The position numbers and the translations under genes were made by a program. Positions 20,325-30,128 of a stretch of 64,000 nucleotides of DNA are shown in pieces; within the stretch, counting starts at the first letter, position 1, and every line of letters starts with the position of its first letter. The notes under the pieces were generated by a model that saw nothing but the letters and a program-made list of their open reading frames with translations, did not search any database and was not told the DNA's origin. Origin of the DNA: Candidatus Thalassarchaeaceae archaeon (GTDB lineage Archaea; Thermoplasmatota; Poseidoniia; Poseidoniales; Thalassarchaeaceae); assembly GCA_023700255.1 (NCBI GenBank), contig JAJPRD010000001.1, positions 53,566 through 117,565 on the forward strand, read 5' to 3'.

Positions 20325-20400
20325 TCAGGTCTTGCAGGCGATTGATTCAATAGCACAAATTCTAACGAAGTGATGACACCCGTAGGGTGTAGGTGATTTT

Positions 20401-21414
20401 TTGTCTGATATATCTAGTACTAAATTGGTTATTGAAACCAATAATTTAGTCAAAATGTATGGTCCTCACATTGCTCTCGAAGGCCTTAGTCTTAGCCTTG
20501 AGCCTGGTGCAATTGGGATTCTAGGGCCTAATGGGGCCGGGAAATCTACTTTCTTCAAGTGTATTTTAGGCTTGATTAAAACTACTTCCGGTGATGGTAA
20601 AGTATTGGGTTATGATATCAGAACACAGGGTGATATAATACGTTCAAAAATTGGTTATATGCCCGAATATGATTCTTTAGATCCGGAATTAATTGCAGTC
20701 GATCAGGTCAGATATTCCGGCGAGTTAATTGGTATGAATCCAGCAGAAGCAACTCGAAGAGCACATGAAGTTTTAGAATATGTTGGACTTAAAGAACAGA
20801 GGTATCGTAAAATTGGTACATTCAGCAGCGGAATGAAACAGGCGACTAAACTTGCCTGTGCACTAATTCATGATCCTGAGATTTTGATATGCGATGAACC
20901 CACCAATGGGCTCGATCAACGAGCCAGGGAGTTCATGTTGAATACACTTAGAAATACTGTTAAGGATGGTGGTAGAACAGTATTGATGAGTGGCCATGTA
21001 ATGGATGACATCCAAGAAGTATGTGATAGTATTGTTATGATTCATAAAGGTAAAATTGTAGTTCATAGAAGGATTGATGAGTTAGCCAAACAAGTTGACG
21101 AAGAAATCGAGATTTCAGTATGGGGTGGTTCATCTAAAATGCAAGATTCTTTGGAATCTCGTGGATTAAATGTTCGTCGTCTTGGGAGAGTAATGAGAAT
21201 TAAAGTAGAGTCTGATGATACAATCTCAGCAATCTTACAATCCGCAGTTGAAAGTGATGTACAGGTGAGAAGAATGGGCGTATATGAGCCCGATTTAGAA
21301 GATATATTCTTATTAATCATGGAGAAATTAGGTGCTGAAGTAAAGACAACTTCTGATCTCATGACTCCAGGACATACTGGAATTACCATCCCAGGGGGTG
21401 AAATTCATGAGTGA
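20401..21414 (+). CDS. ABC-2 type exporter ATP-binding protein 1
   Basis: GPNGAGKST, FSSGMKQ, ICDEPT; TTG start after AGGTGA. Confidence 0.92.
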   Translation: MSDISSTKLVIETNNLVKMYGPHIALEGLSLSLEPGAIGILGPNGAGKSTFFKCILGLIKTTSGDGKVLGYDIRTQGDIIRSKIGYMPEYDSLDPELIAVDQVRYSGELIGMNPAEATRRAHEVLEYVGLKEQRYRKIGTFSSGMKQATKLACALIHDPEILICDEPTNGLDQRAREFMLNTLRNTVKDGGRTVLMSGHVMDDIQEVCDSIVMIHKGKIVVHRRIDELAKQVDEEIEISVWGGSSKMQDSLESRGLNVRRLGRVMRIKVESDDTISAILQSAVESDVQVRRMGVYEPDLEDIFLLIMEKLGAEVKTTSDLMTPGHTGITIPGGEIHE

Positions 21415-22420
21415 TGATCTGATTGATCTTGAAGGTGGCCAAACTGTTATGGAAGCAGCTTATGGCTCAGATGATGGTGATGATGATTCTATAGCAATAG
21501 TCGCTCAAAAAGAGGCATCTTTAGGTGTGATATTTGAACAAAATTATCGGCCATGGGATGGGAATTTAGGGCCGCGATGGGTTAGGAACTATGCTATATT
21601 TCGGCATCATGTATTTGGTTTATTTACATCTAAGGGTCACAGAAATTATAATCCATTTGTTAGACTAACTATATTAGTTATATTTTTGGGAGCGATTTCT
21701 CCAATTGCTATGTTGTTTTTCGCTTCATTATTTGGTTCCGGACCAGATGGTTTTATCGATAAAATGTGGGGGGTAAATCGCAGTAATCTTTGGGGACAGG
21801 TATTAGGATATTTTCCTCGAAATTTATGTTATTGGCCATTATTAACTGCTCTTGTAGTTGGTGGCATGATCTCTGATGACCGCCGAAATGGTACAAGTTC
21901 AATCTATTTCTCTAGACCTATTACCAGAGTTGATTATACTCTTATGAAATATTTGAGTGTATCAGTAGTTCTAGGTTTTGTAATCATATTTTCTTATATG
22001 TCATATTACACTTTAGCAATAGTGTTCAAAGGAGAAGGTTGGGCCTTTTTAATCGATACTTTACCTATGTTTTTATCTGGTTTATTATGTAGTATACTGT
22101 TGGTGATTACATATACTTCAATCGGTCTAGCTTTATCGAGTATTAGTCAAAGTAGATTTTTTGCTGCAATCTCTTTCTTAAGCATAATTTATGGCACTAA
22201 ATTGACCGCTCTATTAATTGATGCACAATTTGATACATCAATAGTATATATCTTGAGTCCTTATGATTGTCTCGCCCATCTTGGCCAGTGGTTGTTAGGA
22301 TTAGACCTGAATTATTCTCATCCCCTCTCATTATCAGTTATTTCTCTTATATTGATGAACGCAGTTTCTATTATGGTATTAATTTCTAGAGTTACTTCAT
22401 TGGAGGTGACCAGAGAATGA
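21407..22420 (+). CDS. ABC-2 type permease 1
   Basis: About 6 TM; ISDDRRNGT..YFSRPITR.DY; ATG 21407 follows GGGGTGA RBS. Confidence 0.85.
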   Translation: MSDDLIDLEGGQTVMEAAYGSDDGDDDSIAIVAQKEASLGVIFEQNYRPWDGNLGPRWVRNYAIFRHHVFGLFTSKGHRNYNPFVRLTILVIFLGAISPIAMLFFASLFGSGPDGFIDKMWGVNRSNLWGQVLGYFPRNLCYWPLLTALVVGGMISDDRRNGTSSIYFSRPITRVDYTLMKYLSVSVVLGFVIIFSYMSYYTLAIVFKGEGWAFLIDTLPMFLSGLLCSILLVITYTSIGLALSSISQSRFFAAISFLSIIYGTKLTALLIDAQFDTSIVYILSPYDCLAHLGQWLLGLDLNYSHPLSLSVISLILMNAVSIMVLISRVTSLEVTRE

Positions 22421-23358
22421 GTGAAGATAGACCTGTTCCATCAGTTCTTGTAGAAAATGTCTCGAAATGGTATGGCCAAGTTATTGGTATTAATGATGTA
22501 TCTTTAGCAATTGAAGGTGGTGTCACTGGTATTCTTGGACCCAATGGCGCCGGTAAATCCACACTTTTCAAACTATTAATGGGACGAATAAAGCCTAGTC
22601 AAGGAAGTGTTAAGTTATTTGGTATAGATCCATGGACTGACACATCTCCTTATCGAAGGATTGGTTATGTTAGTGAATCAGAAAGACTCTACGATTGGAT
22701 GACTGCTCAAGATTTTGTATCAACTCTTGCCAGATTACATGGTATGACTAGAGATGAAGCGAACGAAAGAGCAGAGCACGTCCTTGATTTTGTAGGTTTA
22801 CATGATGTCAGGCATAAAGAAATAGGGAAGTACAGTAAAGGAATGAGGCAGAGGGTGAAGATAGCTCATGCTTTAGTTCATGATCCTGACTTAATAATTC
22901 TCGATGAACCATTGCATGGTTGTGATCCTTTAGCTAGAACTAGTATAATGAATGTAATTCGAGAACTTGGCCGTCAGGGTAAGACGGTACTCATATCCAG
23001 CCATATTTTAGAAGAAATAGAAAGAATTACTGAACAAATAGTAATTCTCCATAATGGAAGGTTGCTTGCTTTAGGTAATTTATATGCGATTCGTGATTTA
23101 TTAGATAAGCATCCACATCGAATTATGATTACCACAGATGAACCCCGTAAGTTAGCTAGCGCCTTTATTGGAGAAGACCCAATATATGGTGTTAGATTTC
23201 CTGAAGAAGGTAAGTTAGAACTACAAACCAATGATTTATCTGCCGCACACTCAGTCTTGCCTCGAGTTATTGTTAACTCGAATGTTTCAGTTTCAAGAAT
23301 TGATAATCCTGATGACAATTTAGAATCATTGTTAGGTTACTTAATTGGAGGTGAATAA
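22417..23358 (+). CDS. ABC-2 type exporter ATP-binding protein 2
   Basis: GPNGAGKST, YSKGMRQR, ILDEP, SSHIL. Confidence 0.92.
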   Translation: MSEDRPVPSVLVENVSKWYGQVIGINDVSLAIEGGVTGILGPNGAGKSTLFKLLMGRIKPSQGSVKLFGIDPWTDTSPYRRIGYVSESERLYDWMTAQDFVSTLARLHGMTRDEANERAEHVLDFVGLHDVRHKEIGKYSKGMRQRVKIAHALVHDPDLIILDEPLHGCDPLARTSIMNVIRELGRQGKTVLISSHILEEIERITEQIVILHNGRLLALGNLYAIRDLLDKHPHRIMITTDEPRKLASAFIGEDPIYGVRFPEEGKLELQTNDLSAAHSVLPRVIVNSNVSVSRIDNPDDNLESLLGYLIGGE

Positions 23359-23359
23359 A

Positions 23360-24991
23360 ATGGATAAACAAGGCCGAGGACTTTCTGATACGGTTTGGAC
23401 TCAACTCGATAGAAAGGCGGGTGCTATAGTTGAGTTAACAATTCGTCAACTCCGTAATCGTACGTCTACTTGGGCAGTTTTAGGTGTAGGGGTATTATTG
23501 ATATCTTTGTTGCTTGCATTTTATATTGATGCAATAAGGACTGATTTTGAATCAATAGATAACGATGGAGATAGTGAAGATTGGGATAATGATGGGTTCC
23601 CTTTAGGCCAAGAGCTAATTTATGGTACCAGTGATTATGATAATACCCAATACCCAGGGTCATCGCAGTACCAATATCTTGGCGAAATTGACTGGAATGA
23701 TCAACCACGAACTCACTATGGGAATCATACTTGGAACTATGCTTCTGGATATTTTACACCCACTTGGGTCGATACTGAAGCAGTAAATACATTCGATAGG
23801 TATAGTTGGATAGATTGGAATAATGAAGATGGTATTGCTGATTGCCCCGAAGGAAAACCTTTTGATGATTGGTTCCAGAAAATTTGTGTCTTAGACAATG
23901 GTACTTACGTGGTTAATGGTGTAAGTTTTTCAGCAGAAGGTGAACTGTTTGTCGAACCTGGATACAATTCAGAATGGGGGTATATGACTGATTCATTTTC
24001 TGTAGAAAAACATCCTAAATCAATGTATATAGACGAAGATGATATTGATTGGGATGGTACTTCAGGTTCACATGGATTCGATGATGATGGAGATTGTCTT
24101 AAAGAAGGATATGTAATTGAGGATTTGTCTCAAAATGACAATAACCTAAATGGAATATATTGCGATGTCGAATGGTCTTTTGATGAGAATGGTAACTTAA
24201 TACAAATTAGGGCAGACGACGGTGTCGATGAAGATCCCGATGACTCAAAACATGTAGGTGAATCAAGTCATAGAACATTCATAATTGGCACCGGGAAAAT
24301 TGCTTTTATTATGATTCTTGGACTTTTCTTACCCTTATTTTTAGCCTTAGGTTTAGTACGTGATGAATCTGAGAATGGAACGCTTCACTACTTACTCTCC
24401 AAACCGATACATCGTGGAGAATTTATTCTTTATCGTTTGTTGGGTTATCTAGCAATAGTCGCCTCATATACTGTGATATTAATTTCAATAGTTTCGATAA
24501 TAACTTCTATAATAGGTCCGGGTGATTCTATTATTCGATTAAACGATTTCCCTGTATGGATGGGTATCGCACTTTCTACAATTTTAGTATTAAGTGCATA
24601 TGGCGCTATATTCAATACAGTAGGCTTATTAATGCCAAAATATGGTGTTTATCTCTGTATTATTTATGGTATTTGGGAATTTTTAATGGGATTATTCACT
24701 ATTACTATCCCCACAGCAACAATTCCAATGTTATCTATTTCTCATTGGGCAATTCAAATAATTGATGCTGTTGTTCTAATTGTTTGGAGTGACACTAGTC
24801 TCATTCAACAAAAAGCGGATGCGTTTGATTTGGAGACAGGAATCTCCTTTTTCTGGCACCCTCCAGTCCATACTCTGGATACCGGTAATCCCTTCGTAGC
24901 ACTATTGATAAGCGTAGTATTGATACTACTGGTTACTATAGGTATGATTGCGATAGGGCAGTTAGTTTTCCGAAATAAAGAAATCATGTGA
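23360..24991 (+). CDS. ABC-2 type permease 2 with large acidic extracellular domain
   Basis: TM1, ~250-aa Asp-rich insert with DxDxDG-type motifs, then DESENGTLHYLLSKPIHR and about 5 TM; ATG 23360 after GGAGGTGA. Confidence 0.85.
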   Translation: MDKQGRGLSDTVWTQLDRKAGAIVELTIRQLRNRTSTWAVLGVGVLLISLLLAFYIDAIRTDFESIDNDGDSEDWDNDGFPLGQELIYGTSDYDNTQYPGSSQYQYLGEIDWNDQPRTHYGNHTWNYASGYFTPTWVDTEAVNTFDRYSWIDWNNEDGIADCPEGKPFDDWFQKICVLDNGTYVVNGVSFSAEGELFVEPGYNSEWGYMTDSFSVEKHPKSMYIDEDDIDWDGTSGSHGFDDDGDCLKEGYVIEDLSQNDNNLNGIYCDVEWSFDENGNLIQIRADDGVDEDPDDSKHVGESSHRTFIIGTGKIAFIMILGLFLPLFLALGLVRDESENGTLHYLLSKPIHRGEFILYRLLGYLAIVASYTVILISIVSIITSIIGPGDSIIRLNDFPVWMGIALSTILVLSAYGAIFNTVGLLMPKYGVYLCIIYGIWEFLMGLFTITIPTATIPMLSISHWAIQIIDAVVLIVWSDTSLIQQKADAFDLETGISFFWHPPVHTLDTGNPFVALLISVVLILLVTIGMIAIGQLVFRNKEIM

Positions 24992-25001
24992 GGGTTGAGT
25001 A

Positions 25002-26201
25002 ATGGCTGATGAATTGGAGAAATTTTCTGGTGATTATTCATCACTCTGGCGTCTAGATATGATGCCAAGTTTACCACGTCTTTCTTGGTGGTGGTGGTGG
25101 GTGATTATCTTTATCCCAGATCCTGAAAATCCTGAACGCTCTAGGCAATTAATGGTTCTTTGGTCATCTAAAGAAACTCCTGCAGTACGTGTTAACGAAC
25201 ATTGGTGGAAACCGGGTTCAAGAATGAGGATTGATGAACATGGAGGCCATGTAGTCCCTGGAATGGTTTGTTCTTGGTGGTTTGATGGTAAAAATATGCA
25301 TGAACCATTAGTTATGCGTGAATGTAAAATGGTTTCAATAGATGATAAACATCCATTATGGCCAGGTGAAGGTGAAGGCAAAGGTTCAGGCGCAGTGGTT
25401 CCTTTGCTTGAAGATGATTTATCTCTAGGATTAACCGAGGGGAACAAGAAATTTTGGTTGAACTTAGTCAGTGATGAGGGTGCACAGAAAAATGGTGCTC
25501 CTAAATCAATTAATGCTGAATTAACTCCTTGGTGGGGTCCTCCAAGTAAATTGACATATAAAAATAATGTTTTCTTTTCAAATATGGGCTATGACATTTT
25601 GAGAGTTCAAGGGACTAAAGCATCTATTGTAATTGATGGAGAGGAGTTTGAAGGAACAGGTTACTTCCAGAAAGTGAGTGTCCAAGCTCCCTCATTACCT
25701 TGGTTTTGGGGTATGTTACATTTCGACGACGGCTCTTATTTAGATTGGTTTATGCCCCATGTTTCTTTTTCTTGTCTTAATTTAAATGATAAACCATGGA
25801 AACTTAGAGATATTTTTAGAAATCCTAAAATTGGGACTGGAATATTTCATGATGCTAAAAGGGACCGGACTGAAGAGTTCAAGTATTGCCAAGTTGAATT
25901 AGCAGAGCCAGATGATAAAGATGAAGAATTATTTGATAATGATGGTAATCCTTTACCGAAATTTAGAGTACGTGTTTGGAATGATAATACCCAGATTTCT
26001 CTGGAAGTGAGGGCGGTTTCCCGCGCTAAATGGACTTTTGATCAGCCAACTAGGGCTGGCATGGTGAGTCATCTAACTTACAATGAATACCCACTTCAGT
26101 TATTGAAAATAGTCATAAAAGACGAGCAAGGAATTAGAACAAAGAAAGATTATTCATGGATACATGGTAATGCAGAGCATTCTTGGGGATTCCTTCATTG
26201 A
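25002..26201 (+). CDS. Hypothetical protein, possibly CrtC/AttH/tocopherol-cyclase-like beta-barrel
   Basis: WWWWW near N-terminus; GTGYFQKV...PWFWGMLHFDDG resembles the G..W.D/E..W...W.W..L.DG pattern. Confidence 0.4.
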   Translation: MADELEKFSGDYSSLWRLDMMPSLPRLSWWWWWVIIFIPDPENPERSRQLMVLWSSKETPAVRVNEHWWKPGSRMRIDEHGGHVVPGMVCSWWFDGKNMHEPLVMRECKMVSIDDKHPLWPGEGEGKGSGAVVPLLEDDLSLGLTEGNKKFWLNLVSDEGAQKNGAPKSINAELTPWWGPPSKLTYKNNVFFSNMGYDILRVQGTKASIVIDGEEFEGTGYFQKVSVQAPSLPWFWGMLHFDDGSYLDWFMPHVSFSCLNLNDKPWKLRDIFRNPKIGTGIFHDAKRDRTEEFKYCQVELAEPDDKDEELFDNDGNPLPKFRVRVWNDNTQISLEVRAVSRAKWTFDQPTRAGMVSHLTYNEYPLQLLKIVIKDEQGIRTKKDYSWIHGNAEHSWGFLH

Positions 26202-26211
26202 ATAAGGTGGT

Positions 26212-27147
26212 ATGATTTTGGAAGACTTAATTTTAGGTTTTAGAGCATCAATAGATGATGCCGTGATTCAAAAAAACTTTCCTTCAGTATCCGAAGATGA
26301 AGTTCCTATTTGGATGGGTTCACCTTCATTCCCATCATATATTCCAAGATATTTACTAGTCCTGATAGTTTTTTTGATTCATTTTTCTTTTTATTTGATA
26401 GTGGTTACCGATTATACATCTGAGGAAAAGAGTTACTTTAATGCCATAATTCGTCTATTAGATTGGTCTTTTGATTTAGTTGATGTTTTTGCATTTATTT
26501 TTGTTATGATTATTTTTGCCCGATTAAATTTTTACCTAAATATCACGACTTCTACACTTAAAAATACGACATTTTTGGTATTTATTGGATTAATACCTGC
26601 ATTCTGGTGGCTTGCTAATGTAATTGACTGGATTCTTGTAATATTACGTCAAGACCCATTGAATGTACCAGAATGGATAGATTCTTGGTTTTTATTACTT
26701 GGTATTATTAATGGTTTAATCCTACTAGTTCCTACTATAATTTCTCAATTCTCATTTTCTTATCTAATCACTGATCAGAATTTACATTTTAGAGAACGTC
26801 ATTTCATCTTCTATAAATCTTATAATTCAATTGGGCTCGATGAATTAAAAAATCTTAAAACACAACAATCCATGATGGGGAAAGTTTTCGGATTTGGAAA
26901 TATCTTACCTATTCAGAATGATAATTTAGAAGCCCCCTCTCATTCTTTAAGCGAACGATCAATGCCAGAGATTTTCTATCGATTTTTCAAATATATCCTA
27001 TTCCATAAACGTAATTTAAAGGTTGATTTATTACCTCCTTCTAAGTGTTTTTTTGGTATTAAAAAACCAATGATTATCTACGAATTAGTGAACGAATTGA
27101 TGGATGCTAGGAATGGCCGACCTGATTTAATCTCGGAAAATAGCTAG
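26212..27147 (+). CDS. Membrane protein with C-terminal bPH_2-like domain
   Basis: Four TM; YLITDQ...QSMMGKVFGFGNI. Confidence 0.6.
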   Translation: MILEDLILGFRASIDDAVIQKNFPSVSEDEVPIWMGSPSFPSYIPRYLLVLIVFLIHFSFYLIVVTDYTSEEKSYFNAIIRLLDWSFDLVDVFAFIFVMIIFARLNFYLNITTSTLKNTTFLVFIGLIPAFWWLANVIDWILVILRQDPLNVPEWIDSWFLLLGIINGLILLVPTIISQFSFSYLITDQNLHFRERHFIFYKSYNSIGLDELKNLKTQQSMMGKVFGFGNILPIQNDNLEAPSHSLSERSMPEIFYRFFKYILFHKRNLKVDLLPPSKCFFGIKKPMIIYELVNELMDARNGRPDLISENS

Positions 27148-27219
27148 TTCAACCGAAGATTACTATTCCGCACCGTTCTTAATGTAAAAGCCATCGAGAG
27201 ATACATAGAGGGATTCCCT

Positions 27220-27768
27220 ATGTCAGAAGAAGATACCATCACAATTGCAGCACAACACATTACTAAAGGCGATTTTATGGGCGCTATGGAGATTTTTGAA
27301 ACACACGTCACTAATAATCCAAAAGACCCAGCAGGATACCATGGTTGGGCTGAATCAGCAATGTTTGAGATTCAAGAAAATGGTAATTTCGATGATAAAG
27401 GTAAAGATCGAATTAATGAAGGTAAAGTACAATCTTATCTCCGCAAAGCTGCTGGTTTGGAACCGGACAATGCAGAATATCAGGCAGCTTATGCAAATGC
27501 ATTGATAGAATTTGATAGAGTACCTATGGCAGTTAGAGAATTTCAGAAACTTATCAAATTAGGTGAGAAATTGGAAGATGTTGATGTATCATTCCATCTT
27601 TATGAAGCTGCTAAGCAATTAATAGATTCAATAGATGTTAAAGTAGGATATGATAGGAGCGAACAGTTCGCTCAACAATATATTCCTATTGCAATAGAGT
27701 TTGCAATTTTAGGTCTTGGCTTCTCATCAGTCGATGAAGCAATGGAATATTTGTCAACCGAGGAATAA
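27220..27768 (+). CDS. TPR-repeat protein
   Basis: GDFMGAMEIF..NPKDP and YLRKAAGLEPDNAEY..YANAL TPR patterns. Confidence 0.65.
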   Translation: MSEEDTITIAAQHITKGDFMGAMEIFETHVTNNPKDPAGYHGWAESAMFEIQENGNFDDKGKDRINEGKVQSYLRKAAGLEPDNAEYQAAYANALIEFDRVPMAVREFQKLIKLGEKLEDVDVSFHLYEAAKQLIDSIDVKVGYDRSEQFAQQYIPIAIEFAILGLGFSSVDEAMEYLSTEE

Positions 27769-27783
27769 TCAGGAGGAGTCCAA

Positions 27784-28665
27784 TTGAATCGCGGCCGAAT
27801 CATGGTCGCTTTCGGATATCATGGTGATCTTTTCCATGGTTCTCAGATTCAACCAAATGTCCCTACGGTTCAAAAAGCGATTGAACTCGCGCTTAGAAAG
27901 GTAAGTTGGTGGAGTGATGGTTGTTTAGAAATGTCTAGCAGAACCGATGCAGGTGTTAGTGTACGCATGAATCTTGCTTGTATCGATGTGCCTCTGAAAG
28001 TATGGGAAGAAGTCGATAAAAAAACGATTCTTCGAGTGCTAAATAATAGATTCCCGGGAGGTTTATGTGCTTGGGACGTAATTAAGGTTGAATCGAATGT
28101 TAGAAGTAGAGCAGCAATATCGAGGACATATCTTTTCCGTACCGAACTAATTGAGGAATGGCCAAGTGGTATTGATGAGAATTTATTCAATGAAGCATGT
28201 GAATTAATAATTGGTACTCATGATTTTACTAATTTCTGTAAACTCGAAGAAGGCAAGAATCCAATTCGAACAATATCTAATTGCGAACCTTGGTATTCAT
28301 CTGATGGTAGATTAATTGGATTGTTGATAACTTCTGAAGCCTTTTTATGGAATCAAGTGAGGAGATTAGCAGCTGCAATAACGGGAGTTTCCTCAGGGCG
28401 TATTCCATTTGATATTTTCAAATCAGCATTAAATGAACCTGAAGTTTTGGTAGATTTAGGTAGAGCACAATCTAATGGACTCATACTTTGGGCTATCGAA
28501 CATAAATCCTCTCAAGGTATGGGTTTAAATTGTAATCCAGATACTACTGGTTTTTCCATACCTCCAGAAAAAAGATATCGATTTAAGAGATGGCTATTCA
28601 TGGCGAAGTTAGAAATGGGATTATTGATAGAAAGAGATTGGGAACATTCTCTTAATTTAGCTTAA
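27784..28665 (+). CDS. truA: tRNA pseudouridine(38-40) synthase
   Basis: YHG..FHGSQIQP..TVQ, RTDAGV, GTHDFTNF, FLWNQVR. Confidence 0.9.
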   Translation: MNRGRIMVAFGYHGDLFHGSQIQPNVPTVQKAIELALRKVSWWSDGCLEMSSRTDAGVSVRMNLACIDVPLKVWEEVDKKTILRVLNNRFPGGLCAWDVIKVESNVRSRAAISRTYLFRTELIEEWPSGIDENLFNEACELIIGTHDFTNFCKLEEGKNPIRTISNCEPWYSSDGRLIGLLITSEAFLWNQVRRLAAAITGVSSGRIPFDIFKSALNEPEVLVDLGRAQSNGLILWAIEHKSSQGMGLNCNPDTTGFSIPPEKRYRFKRWLFMAKLEMGLLIERDWEHSLNLA

Positions 28666-29086
28666 TCTCTAATTTATCTCCATCTTTACATGGTAATGCT
28701 TCTCTTAAAAAAGATCCAGAAATTACTTCTGCGGTTTGTGTATGTCGTGTCAGGTCAGGGATTAATACTGCGCAATCAATCCATTTTTCGTTGTCAGCAG
28801 AGATTTTAGCAGGGAATGCTGTAGCTCCTCCGAATGATTTTCCATCTCTTTCAAACCCTTTAATTCTAAATGAGTTTGTATTTTGTATGAAATCTCCTTC
28901 CTCTAATCCTGAAATGATTCTTAAATTCTTATAATTCAGTAAACTAGATTCACCCATATCTAGATTCAAAGTACCTGGCCATGCACTGACTTTCAGAACT
29001 TGTTTAAATTGTTCTTGATAATGAGGTTGTGACATAAATATGTGAGCTCTTCCGAGCCCACTCGACACTTCTCCGGATAGATGCAT
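28652..29086 (-). CDS. ribK: CTP-dependent riboflavin kinase (DUF120), no HTH domain
   Basis: GEVSSGLGRA, WPGTLNL, P..TRH..EVIS..LR..L..DGD. Confidence 0.85.
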   Translation of the reverse strand: MHLSGEVSSGLGRAHIFMSQPHYQEQFKQVLKVSAWPGTLNLDMGESSLLNYKNLRIISGLEEGDFIQNTNSFRIKGFERDGKSFGGATAFPAKISADNEKWIDCAVLIPDLTRHTQTAEVISGSFLREALPCKDGDKLEIKLN

Positions 29087-29134
29087 ATTTCTCCGTCTCA
29101 CCTTATGTTCAAGAGTATTACCGCTTAGAATTTT

Positions 29135-30028
29135 CTATAATGACACTATGTCCTTTCTTTTACATAGCCCCCAGCCATATGATTCTATCATTTTTCTTTC
29201 TTCAGAATCAATGTCATTAGCTGGATTTGAATGATTTAAGTGTATGAAAGAAATTTCTGGGTCACCAGTATGTTTTCTGCCTAATAAATGAAGGCTTTCT
29301 TCGATTGTGGGATGAGGTATTTCTGATAGTTCTCTTCCAGGTAATTCTTCCAGATTCCAAAATGTACCATCAATCCATGCAATGTCTACACCCCGAAATA
29401 TTAATAGTTCTCTAATACTATTCATTGAGAATGAATCTAACGTTTTATCCCATGAATCTTGATCAGGTAAAAATAAAAGAGTTTTTCTTGTTCCTTTAAT
29501 TCGAATAGCCGCCGTATTTCCTAATTCACTTCGATGAGGTATTGGAATTAATTCTAATGTGAAACCACAATCATTCTTCGGTTGAAATTCTTTATTATAA
29601 CGTTGAGAGATTAATTTAATATTTTCTTCTTTAATCATTAATTGTATATCGTTTCTTTCTTCAAGAATTAATTTATTCTCTGAGCTAAGGTAAACGGGTA
29701 AATTTTCTAGATTCATTACTGGTTTACCAAATTGGCCAATTCCTTCAATATGTCCGAGATGTAAATGAGTAATTGTAACTGTATCTGGCAGGTATACCTC
29801 ATCTCTTTTTTCATCTCCACTCCATATCTTTAATTGTTCGGATAAATTTTTTGTAATTTCAATAAGATGTTTAGAACCATCAATTCCTTCTATTCCTATA
29901 GATACAGGATATTTTCTAAGATTTAGATGGTTGTGGGCATTCAAACATCTTTCGCATGAGCATCCTGCTTGTGGAATCCCAGCATCCTGTGCTGTTCCTA
30001 GTATTGTGACCTTAACTTCTTGCTCCAT
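29135..30028 (-). CDS. PqqB-like metallo-beta-lactamase-fold hydrolase
   Basis: LGTAQDAGIPQAGC.C..C, THLHLGH, PHRSE, DGTF, HLNHSNP. Confidence 0.75.
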   Translation of the reverse strand: MEQEVKVTILGTAQDAGIPQAGCSCERCLNAHNHLNLRKYPVSIGIEGIDGSKHLIEITKNLSEQLKIWSGDEKRDEVYLPDTVTITHLHLGHIEGIGQFGKPVMNLENLPVYLSSENKLILEERNDIQLMIKEENIKLISQRYNKEFQPKNDCGFTLELIPIPHRSELGNTAAIRIKGTRKTLLFLPDQDSWDKTLDSFSMNSIRELLIFRGVDIAWIDGTFWNLEELPGRELSEIPHPTIEESLHLLGRKHTGDPEISFIHLNHSNPANDIDSEERKMIESYGWGLCKRKDIVSL

Positions 30029-30128
30029 AATCTATGTCGTATAGGTGTTTATCTTTAACTCGTCTGATTTCACTAATCAATGCTCATACAATAGAAGAAC
30101 AAATGTACTGACGTGCAGTGTGAGGCTT

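Noticed and set aside
20376-20390. Small hairpin ACACCC-GTA-GGGTGT before the ABC operon RBS
   Set aside because: Only 6 bp and does not cover the RBS; expected by chance
29135-30028. PQQ biosynthesis locus
   Set aside because: Only a PqqB-like MBL hydrolase; no pqqA/C/D/E in the window
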